In this document: piece after piece, positions 12,510 to 22,332 of the stretch
How the letters are laid out: every line of letters begins with the position of its first letter
How positions within the stretch are numbered: the first letter of the stretch is position 1
Assembly (NCBI GenBank): GCA_030390025.1
Contig: CM059432.1
Span: 146,880,001-146,944,000, forward strand
Reading direction: 5' to 3'
From: Squalus acanthias
Lineage: Eukaryota
Length of the DNA: 64,000 nucleotides
Made by a program: the position numbers and the translations under genes
Notes under the pieces: generated by a model
What the model was told of the DNA's origin: nothing
Seen by the model: the letters and a program-made list of their open reading frames with translations, nothing else
Databases searched by the model: none

Positions 12510-13250
12510 TATGAAGTGTGAGGTCATCCACTTTGGATCCAAGAAAGACAAATCAGAATATTTTCTTAATGGCGAGAGAGTAGAAACGGTGGAGGAGCAA
12601 AAGGTCCGTGTACACAAATCACTAAAAGCTAGTGCACAGGTACAAAAAGTAATCAAAAAGGCTAATGGAATGTTGGCCTTTATCTCAGGAAGGTGTCAAT
12701 GGAAAGGGGAGCCAGTTAGGTTCAGTTGTACAGTACCCCACCTGGAGTATCACGTTCAGTTCTGGGCACCGCACCTGAGGAAGAATATATCGGTCTTGGA
12801 GGGTGTACAGTACCGATTCACCAGAATGATACCGGGGCTTAAAGGGTTAAAATATGAGGACCGGTTGCATAACCCTGTATTTCCCTTGACTTCAGAAAGT
12901 TGAGGGCTGTTCTAATTGAGGTGCTTAAAATGATAAAAGGATTCCTCTGGTGGGGGGAGTCCAGAACAAGGGGGAACACTCTTAAAATTCAACTGAGCCA
13001 TTCAGGAGTACAATCAAGAAGCAATTCTTCACACAAAGGGTAGCGCAAATCTGAAACTCTCTCCTTTCAAAAGGCTGTGAATGCGGATCAATTGAAATTT
13101 TTAAGACTGAGATCGACAGTTTTTTTTAGGTAACGGTATTAAGGAATAGGGATCAAAGGCGAGTTAATGTTGAAGTCCAGATCAGTCACGATCTAACTGA
13201 ATGACAAAACTGGCTTCAGGGGTTGAATGTTCTCCTCCTGCTCCTACGCT
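12510..13250 (+). mobile_element. Degenerate CR1 3' portion
   Basis: KCEVIHFG...KKANGMLAFIS...PHLEY. Confidence 0.85.
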
Positions 13251-14273
13251 CCAGCTGATGGGTGCCAAATCCTACACTTCAGGGGCCATGTTAGCAGTGA
13301 AACTGCTGAATGACAGACCATTCTTTGTATTAGCAATGTGTTAAATTTAATCATAGAGCCGTCTATTGAGGTGCGGAAATAGTGCAGAATTAATCAATTT
13401 AATATTCTCAGACTACTCATCAAATATTAGTGAGATTCGCCACCTATCAGTGAGGCTTCGCAAGGATCAGTTAAAGTCATTGAAGTGTCAGTGAGACTCA
13501 CCAAAAGCGGTGAGACTGAACATGCCTGCCTTTGACCATTAACCCAGCTAGGTAAAGCATGGTTTTTCTGCTGTCTTTCTCCCTTGATACCATATGGCCA
13601 CCGAGGTTAGCCTGGGAGCCGATGCAGTTTCCCAGGGTGTGGCTGCCAGCGTGCACAAGCAACTACTTGGAGCCACAGGTGAGAGTTGTGTCAGCAGAGA
13701 GGGCCCAAGATTGGGGAACCATCCGTGGGATGCAGCATGCCCTCAGTCAAAGATACCAGTCCTCCTGCTTAACACGACACCCCAACGTTCGGGGTGTCTT
13801 CTTCAATAGCAAAGGACAGACGACGATATTATATGGTTGTTAGTGCTACACTGGACTTCCAACCATCATCGAAAAAAGGACTTGTTTCTCCTTAAAACAA
13901 ACTAGAAGATCCAAGGAGCCATAACTATAATATCTTCCATTCTGGGTTCCGTCCCTTTCAAAGAGACCCAGTGTTCCTATTTTCCAGTGGGTTCCACTGA
14001 ACTCCTGCTGGAGTTACGACAAGGGTGTGTCAGGACCCCATGGATTTTTGGCACCTATGTTATTTCAATAGAAGTGGTCTTTCAAAATGGGTTTTAACGC
14101 AGGTGTTACAGGGTTCCCTCGTGTCAATAACGCTCAGCCCTGCGTTACCCTGTCAATGACTTAGCTTGGCAATCCCAATTGGATTTGATGCGAAGATGCC
14201 GGTGTTGGACTGGGGTGGACAAATGTGAGAAGTCGCGCAACACCAGGTTATAGTCCAACAGTTTTATTTGAAA

Positions 14274-14311
14274 TCACAAGCTTTCGGAGCTGCTGCTCCT
14301 TCGTCCGGTGA
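14274..14311 (-). ncRNA. Hammerhead motif with mutated core (CGGACGA)
   Basis: Inverted copy of 14424-14461 with CTGA>CGGA. Confidence 0.6.
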
Positions 14312-14423
14312 AGTGAAGAAATACAAATTGGCACAGCATATATAGACAGAGAACGACAGAGACAGAGATATATAGGCATTGTTCTCTGTCTATATATGCT
14401 GTGCCGATTTGTATTTCTTCACT

Positions 14424-14461
14424 TCACCTGACGAAGGAGCAGCAGCTCCGAAAGCTTGTGA
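14424..14461 (+). ncRNA. Minimal type I hammerhead ribozyme motif
   Basis: TCAC-CTGACGA-A-GGAGC-AGCA-GCTCC-GAAA-GCTT-GTGA. Confidence 0.8.
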
Positions 14462-14725
14462 TTTCAAATAAAACTGTTGGACTATAACCTGGTGTTGTGC
14501 GACTTCTCACTTTTGTCCAATTGGATTTAACAAGGCTTTATTGTAACATTAGCAGAATCAATCTTACACACAATGTTCAAGCAACAATTAGCAGAATCAA
14601 GGTCAGTATTACTCGGTTGAGCTTCTGGACAGCAGCGCAGTGGGGTAGGTCTTGTTCAAATCTGCTGTGTTTTGTTCTGTTGGATCTGTGGTGCAGGCAT
14701 ACCCCTGCATTAGCTGAAACTCATT

Positions 14726-15468
14726 GGCCCAGAAATTAAACATGGATGGTTCCCGCGGGGGTAAGGATTCCCCGCGATATCGCTCCGGGCCCACACGAAC
14801 TTTAGTTTCAAAGCCTCTCTTTGTTGCAACCGTGCAGTGCTTGCGTGTCCCAGAGGCGCAATTAGTTCGTGCGAGCTCTGGGATCACGTGATTCAGTTAG
14901 AGCCAATGGCAGCACACCATCTTTCATTCATAGTTTTGACGGCAAGAGCTGTCAAAGCTATGAATCCTACACACCCCCAAAAGAACAGCTAAACCTCAAT
15001 TAAATTAATAAAAAAAGCCATCACATTAATAAAATAAGTATAGTTAAATAAATTAACCACTTTAAACAAAAAATTAAATTTTTGAAAAAATTTAAAATCT
15101 TTTTAAACGTTATAAAAATAAACTTACCTTTCTTTAAAGTCTCTAAAAAAATAAACCTGTTGAAATTGTTTTTAAATAACACTTAATTAACTACTTACCT
15201 TGTTAAAAGGGGGTCCTACGCCTGCTTTCTTTATGTGTAAAATCTTCACCACTTACCTGCGCGTTCAAAGATGAAAAAAAAACTAAGTGCACTGCGTGCG
15301 CACAGCCTGTAGCGCGCACGCGGTTCACTTAGGAACCGCCCCCTTTTCAATTCACGAAGTGCCGGTTTCCCGCGCATGCGCAGTGCATGCAGGAAACCGG
15401 CAATTCAGGATCTAATACGCGAGAGTACACAGTGCGTACTCTCCCGCATTAGGTCTAATTTTCGGGCC
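14726..15468. mobile_element. Harbinger-type MITE, family A
   Basis: TIRs GGCCCAGAAATT...AATTTTCGGGCC; colinear with 6168-6898. Confidence 0.85.
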
Positions 15469-15779
15469 AATGGCTCCACTCTGCCTAGTTTCAACCTCTT
15501 ACACAAACTGCTCTGACCTGTTTGCCTGGAATTAGGTGTGACTTCCCTCTAAGCAATTGTCAAAGCATGCATTGATTAAGTTGTTAACAATTAACAAAGT
15601 TAAGGCTATGGAAGGCCATGTAACAGCTGACAAAGTATCATACACCTCCTGATTGGCTTCACTCTGCCTAGCTTCAATCATCTAGCAGTTAATGAGGTTA
15701 TCTAAAACAGGAATAAACAGGGTGCTTTCATCAAAAGCTGTCTGCTGGTTCAGTTGATTTTAACAGCCTTTGCAATCAG

Positions 15780-16685
15780 TGTAGTAATCCAGATGGTCGG
15801 GACTAATAATCAGGGAACGTGAGCTTAAATCCCACCATGGCAGTTTTTGAGAATTTTAATTCAGTTTTTAAAAAATCTAGAAATAAAATCTGTTATCAGT
15901 AAAAATGACTATGAAGCCATCAATTGTCATTTTAAAAAAAAACCAACTGGTTCACTAATGTTCTTTAGGGAAGGAAACCTACCAGTTTTGGTCGCCTTAT
16001 CTGAGGAAGGATGTTCTTGCCATGGAGGGAGTGCAGCGAAGATTCACCAGGCTGATACCTGGGATGGCAGGAATGATGTATGAGGAGAGATTGGGTCGAT
16101 TAGGCTTATATTCGCTAGAGTTTAGAAGAATGAGAGGGGATCTCATTGAAACTTATAAAATTCTAACAGGACTAGACAAACTAGATGCAGGAAGGATGTT
16201 CCCGATGGTCGGGGAGTCCAGAACCAGAGGTCACAGTCTAAGGATAAGGGGTAAGCCATTTAGGACAGAGATGAGGAGGAACTTCTTCACCCAGAGAGTG
16301 GTGAACCTGTGGAATTCTCTACCACAGAAGGCAGTTGAGGCCAATTTATTAAATATATTCAAGAAGGAGTTAGATATATTTCTTAAGGCTAAAGGGATCA
16401 AGGGATATGGGGAGAAAGCAGGGACAGGGTACTGAATTTGGATGATCAGCCGTGATCGCATTGAATGGCGGAACAGGCTCGAGGGGCCGAATGGCCTACT
16501 CCTGCTCCTATCTTCTATGTTTCTATGTTTCTATCCTTGTATGTAACTTCAGTCCCACACCAATGTGGTTGACTCATAACTGCCCTCCGAAGTGGCCTAG
16601 CAAATCATCCACTTGTGTCAAGACGAAGGCATATAAGGGTTGGCCAATAAATGTCAGTGATGCCCACAACCTGAGAATAAAATGT
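15780..16685 (+). mobile_element. SINE-like non-autonomous retroelement split by a CR1 insertion
   Basis: GGTTCACTAATG..TTTAGGGAAGGAAA..ATGTGGTTGACTC..AACTGCCCTC shared with 45990-46140 (minus) and partly with 49400-49740. Confidence 0.65.
15983..16532 (+). mobile_element. CR1 3' end, 5' truncated
   Basis: ORF 16022..16435; TTCTATGT tail repeats. Confidence 0.92.
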
Positions 16686-17289
16686 TTTAAAGTAGCCGTG
16701 AGAAAAAAGGGTCATGTTCCAACTTTACACTCCCACTTGGTAGCCTTACCTGGCAGGAGTGCAAACTGGAAATTCAGACTCGTGATTTTCCAGCCACCGC
16801 TTGAAATGGCTGGATAATTATGTGCAACGCCAGCTTCAATTTCCGATCTATGCTACCATTGAGTAAGGCCTCCGCTCCCCGCTGGAAACACAATGTCGTT
16901 AACTGACCCCGAATATAAACAGGTGAACGTGCAAGGACAGAAGTGGGCACAGAGCCTTGCTTGGGTGTGAGTGCGGGGTGCAGACTTTGGACCTTATTTC
17001 CAATCCATGCTCGTACCTAGAGAAGTTCCGCACAACCATCAGAGCATCACACTCTCTGCCCTACGGGGCAAATGCATTTCACACCATCAAAATATCTTGC
17101 AAAATCACACCAGGGAGATTGTAGGGAATCAGGAGTCTTTCGGGTGTTAACTGCATCAGTTTTTCTTAGATTCCCCCCCCCTTTTTTTCTGAAGGTGTCA
17201 CCAAGGTTTTCTGCTGCTGCATTCGCCAGCCTGCAATTTCCTGCCCACTTATGTGGAAAATTTGGGCCGATGACTCCTTGGCACTGAGC

Positions 17290-17590
17290 GTTCTCCATTA
17301 CTATGCGACCTAAGTAGCCATTCCTGATGTGTTGAGTGCCAACTGGATGTTAAATCATAGGCACCATCACAGTCAATCATGATCCTGACCTCAACTGACG
17401 TTTGCTAGATCATTGATAGTGATCAGGAGTGATAACATTGGCTGATTTTGTTACCCCTTCCAGCCTGCCAATTATAGCACATCTGTACTGTCCCCATCTG
17501 AGATCAGTTAACGCAGTACAGACCAAGGATCAAATCTTGGACCTTCTGGTCTGTATGGGTCAACAACACACTACATTTATGGAGCCATTA
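17290..17590 (-). mobile_element. Old SINE-like repeat
   Basis: Reverse complement aligns patchily to 20215-20500 (TGGTCTGT..TCTCAG..TGGGG..GTGCTATA). Confidence 0.5.
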
Positions 17591-17610
17591 AAGAACCCAT
17601 CAATATTTTA

Positions 17611-17810
17611 TGATGTGGAGATGCCGGTGTTGGACTGGGGTGGACAAATGTGAGAAGTCGCACAACACCAGGTTATAGTCCAACAGCTTTATTTGAAATC
17701 ACAAGCTTTCGGAGCGGCTGCTCCTTCGTCAGTTGAAGGAGCAGCGCTCCAAAAGCTTGTGATTTCAAATAAAGCTGTTGGACTCTAACCTGGTGTTGTG
17801 CGACTTCTCA
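17611..17810. mobile_element. Non-coding Penelope-derived fold-back element centred in the hammerhead motif
   Basis: Inverted arms about 17648-17728 / 17735-17813; 13-bp TSD CATCAATATTTTA (17598-17610 / 17811-17823). Confidence 0.9.
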
Positions 17811-17929
17811 CATCAATATTTTAATCAGTGACCTGTAAATTGACCCAAATACTGCTCCCTATAAATGTGCAGCAACTATAGTAAGTAAAAGATTGAAGTA
17901 TGTTGTTATATACAATATTGTCTTATCAC

Positions 17930-18045
17930 TTCATAGAATCTTGCAGCACAGAAGGAAGCCATTCGGCCCATCGTGCCTGTGAAAGAGCTATCCAATTAGA
18001 CCCACTCCCCCCTGCTCTTTCCCCCATATCCCCTACAATTTTTTT
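17930..18045 (-). mobile_element. CR1 3' UTR fragment
   Basis: CATAGAAT..GCACAGAAGGAAGCCATTCGGCCCATCG is the reverse complement of CR1 tails in this window. Confidence 0.75.
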
Positions 18046-18300
18046 CCTTCTAAGACCTGGGTTCAAATCCAGCTCAGACTAATAGATTAGAGTCTCTTCG
18101 GTTTGTTAGTTATGCTAAATGAGTTTGGGCAGTCTCGTTCCTAGGAGGCTTTGGCTTTCTGCCACTTTTCACTAAGGCAAGCCTAGTTTGCAGTCGGGGT
18201 GATATTTTGAGATTAGGGCTGAAATGTATTGCTGGAGGAGGATGGAAGGAGCTTTAGTCTGCATCTGACTGTGCTGTAGCTGTAGCTGGATGCTGAGACT
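18046..18300 (+). mobile_element. Old tRNA-derived SINE, LF-SINE-like
   Basis: B-box GGTTCAAATCC; AAATGAGTT..GTTCCTAG and GTGCTGTA blocks resemble the LF-SINE consensus as recalled. Confidence 0.45.
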
Positions 18301-20214
18301 GGGTGGCTGAAATGGAAAGCACTAACGTCCATCACCTCGATGAACACACAAAAGAATATCTTGGTGAATGTTTTGTAGTGTAATATAATAATAGTATGTA
18401 TTCTGTTTAGCAGTTAATTTTAGACATATGCCAGAAATGAACTTTGAACAGGCAGTAAATGTCAGTTTCATGTAACTAAAATGTACAATATAGTAGTTTG
18501 ATATTGCTGAAAACTCATTGAGAATTGGACTATAAAGATAAACTTAACTGATGAGAGGATTCAAGTTTCATTGCACTGTAAATATGTATTTAATGTTAAG
18601 AAAATGTGACCTGCTACCCTAGTCTGTCTGTAGAAAAATGTTATTTGAATCATTTTATAAAATGTGAGATTATATCAGATTCTTGGACTAAGGCACTGCT
18701 GTACAATGGTATGTGAAATAGACACAGCCTTACTTACAAATTGTAAATGATAACAAATTACAGGGGCAATTGCAGCCCTGGTGTGGATCCTTGCCAGCTG
18801 GCAGTGGATAACAGGCATTCAGGTGTGTGCTGCCCGTGGCTTTCTGTCCAATCCTTCCAATGGATGGAATATTGTGGGAGGTGCATTTCTGATGTGCGCT
18901 CCTGGGGATGAGGCTCTGTGCTGGGAGTGCAAACTTTGGTAAAATTACCCACTACATTTTTAACAGAAAAGTATCTGTCTATCGTAAACTTAGCTTATTG
19001 TACAAGCTTTATTTTCTTCACAAGATTAAACTTGTTACAGAAGCACGTACTTCTTCAGCCTGATCATTTTCCCATTTTAAAGTTATCAGATTTTTAAAAT
19101 TGCAATTTTTACAATTTTTTTACACGTATATTCTGTTTTACTCATAAAACTGCAACAGATGGGGCCATACAAATCTGTATTCCAGCTTTATATCACAACG
19201 TAGGTGAGTCCTCTTACAGTTATAAACACCGTGTATTTTATTTGTTTTAAAAATAATTTTCTTGTTGATTTGTTTCTCTGGCACATCTTCAAACACGAAT
19301 GAGGAAAATCTTTGGACGTCTCTAGCCCGTTGAAGGGGATTAAATGGGATTTTTTTTTATTGGTTTCCATGTACGTAGTTGGAGGTTGTTGCTTTGTAAG
19401 AAAACAAAGAGAGACTTGCATGTATATAGCACCTGATCACTTCTCTCAGAAACACCTGAGTGCTTCACGTACAGTGGATTACTTTGGAGTGCAGTGACCT
19501 GTAAAAGTAGAAACAGTGCTGTTCAGAAACATGGAAACCAATGAGAAACATGAATAACACAGGGAAGATACACTGTGTATTAGAAGGAGCCTAAGCTATT
19601 CTGAAACCAAACTACATTGTACTTGGACTTAGCTCGGCCAAAACAAAAAGGGCTGGAATTGTACAGGAGGTCAGTCAGAATCTGAAAGAGAAGAAGAAAG
19701 GTTAGGGGCTGGGCTTTCTATTAGACTGAACAGAGTGTCAGTTCTGATGAAGGATTCCCACCTAAAATTGGTCGATTCAGGGATAGTTTTTTACGAAATG
19801 CTGGTGCTGAACTTATACTGAAAGGAAAGTATATTGGGAAATTTGGGAATGGGAGTTTGTAGGACAGATATGCCCTCTGCACCTGAATTCCTGATATGTG
19901 TTTCTGTCATGGGAAAGTCTGCTCTAGGAGTGCAAATTCACAACCCCCCCCCAGATTGTATGCATTGCTGGCATTTTCTGTTTCATTTTGTTGTTTATTT
20001 GCATCTTATTTTTTTATCTCTGGGTTTGGTTAGCTTGTTTTCTTCTTAAAATAGTTAAGCGTGTGCTTTTGAGTAGTTGAGGGGGGAATTTGTGGGGGAA
20101 ACTCAGTGAATTGAATTTTTCACACTGCCATTGATTTCACGGACTGATTTTGGCCCAAGATGGATACTCAGACCGAGTACATACCCCCTGAAAGACATCT
20201 ACCCATGAGATGTT

Positions 20215-20500
20215 CCTGTAGTATCTCAGCTGGCTAAGGCAACAAGTAGCTAAGACAGGTAAGACCAGGTCTGGCCCGTGGTCTGTGTTCAGTTGGTTTG
20301 TCTCAGTGTGGTGGGGGCAGAGGGGACAGGTGCTATATTTTGTCTGTGTGGTGGGGGCGGGGGGGGCCACAGGTGCTATATTTTGTCTCGGAAGCTGTAG
20401 ATTAGGAAGAAAAAAATTAGTCAGGCTTCCTACTCTTCACTGTTGGAAGTAGATGTGTGGACATTGGGTGAGGTATTGGAAGGCATGTGACACTGTGGAA
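20215..20500 (+). mobile_element. Old SINE-like repeat with a short internal tandem duplication
   Basis: Matches the reverse complement of 17290-17590; GTGTGGTGGGGGC..CAGGTGCTATATTTTGTCT occurs twice. Confidence 0.5.
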
Positions 20501-20520
20501 CTGTATCCTAGCAAAGAGTT

Positions 20521-21277
20521 GGGCTTGGAGTTTCCACTCGGTTGTGCTGGTTTTTCGGCGCAATTTGCCCCAAATCGGCGAAACCAGCGCAAAAGATTGT
20601 GGAATTTTACACGCAAATCATGTTCAGCGGAAATCGAGTTTCCGCGATCTTTGCGCTAGTTTAAAAACATTGTGCTAGAAGCCGGCCCCGCCCACAAAAC
20701 TGTCCATGCCCCCAGATCGAATTAATCACCATGGCGAGTTTCCGCTAATTGCGTCCGTTTGCGGGCCTTCGAGGAGGCTCTTAAAATTAAGCTTTTATTT
20801 AAGCACAAGTACACTAATAGGCACGTTTTAAAAGTTTTCAAATATAATTTCTTTTTAATTTACTAAGAAACTGACTACTGTACACCAATATAACTAGCAA
20901 ATGGTTCTGTATAGTTTTTTAAAGTCATTTTCAGTTATTTAAAATCAGGTTACTCACAGGTGGTGGACTCGACATTCTGATTAAAATGCTGATTTTATTG
21001 TGATAAATCCATTTTCAGCTGTATTAATGAAGCTTTTTTACTAAGTTCCATTCTTAAATATATCGAGGAATATTTTTTAAAGCAAACCTTCTTTTTCAAA
21101 CGCAGTTGTAAAACGCTGCCTGATTGCGTTGGTTCATGGCAGATTTTACGTTCAGCGATATGCAAATGAGTTTGAGCGGAAACTCGAGAAAGAAAACACG
21201 CCTCTCAAAACGAGCGCAATTCTTGGGCGCAATTTGCGTCCGGATCGCCGACTGCGCTCAAAGCGGAAACTCTATTC
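20521..21277. mobile_element. MITE family B
   Basis: Ends GGGCTTGGAGTTTCCAC...GCGGAAACTCTA; CpG-rich subtermini, AT-rich core; related fragments at 815-1088 and about 9645-9880. Confidence 0.75.
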
Positions 21278-21881
21278 TTGATGTTTTCCAAAAAGGGTAG
21301 AGGAGACCAGTGGGAAAGAGAGATGAATAAAAAGCCTAGTCAATTCTGATTTTTCTTTTTTCCCATATGTTTCCTTAACTAAAGTGAATAATTTCAGACA
21401 TTCACACCATTACTGGCAAGAACGATGATCTGTGATATAAAAATATAGTTGCTGTTTGCCACCATCAACAGGTGGCTGTCAGATTCATCTTACTCCATTT
21501 CAAAACCAATTAGATGCTGCATTGGGGAGACTTTATGATCATTCTGGATGGATTGAATTTAGATGGGCTGAATGGTATTGCGATCGTGCAACAAATATAT
21601 TTAAAATAATCAACAACAAAAGCCAAAAATTAGATGTAAGAGTGTTAAAGTAGAATGGCCATTAGGGTGCAGTGCCCAAACTGGGTGATTGTGACGTCAT
21701 TTTTAAAGGATGCAGCATCTTCTGACCTGAAGACGTCAACCTTTGTCTGATGAACCTACTTTTAAAACCGTGCAAGAAGTGTTTTAAAAGTCATGATGTG
21801 GAGATGCCGGCGTTGGACTGGGGTGGACAAAAATGAGAAGTCGCACAACACCAGGTTATAGTCCAACAGATTTATTTAATT

Positions 21882-21920
21882 TTACAAGCTTTCGAAGCAG
21901 TTCGCTCCTTCGTCAGGTAA
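21882..21920 (-). ncRNA. Minimal hammerhead motif in the inverted Penelope end
   Basis: Exact reverse complement of 24936-24974. Confidence 0.8.
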
Positions 21921-22332
21921 GTTAGCAATGAGAGAATCTCCCAGAATTCACAATTTAAACCCAGACAAAATCTATTCACATTATTCGCTACAACAAAGAG
22001 CACAGCCAAGACAATGAGATGTGTCCCAGGGGGTCCAACGTGTCAAACCACCTGCTGGCTGCATATCCTGTCAATTTGTGTTCTTGTGTTAGCCTTTTAA
22101 AAAAAAAAAAACCAAAAAACCCCCCAAAAAAAAACACCTGGGAAGACCGGCCATGATGTCAAGTCACGTTCTGTATCGTGACATGAACCCGATATCGCGA
22201 TTGAGGCCATCCTCATGAGTGCGGAACTTGGCTATCAGTTTCTGCTCTATGATTTTGCGCTGTCGTGTATCTCGAAGGCCGCCTTGGAGAACGCTTACCC
22301 GCAGATCCGAGGCTGAATGCCCCTGGCTGCTG

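Larger units (their letters stand above)
14187..14516. mobile_element. Non-coding Penelope-derived fold-back element
   Basis: About 138-bp near-perfect inverted arms (about 14217-14354 / 14381-14518); 12-bp TSD CCAATTGGATTT (14175-14186 / 14517-14528). Confidence 0.9.

Noticed and set aside
22219..22332. N-terminus of the 828-aa ORF as a real protein start
   Set aside because: It is the antisense of the element's own 3' end (same peptide as ORF 24399..24650 -), fused in frame by chance
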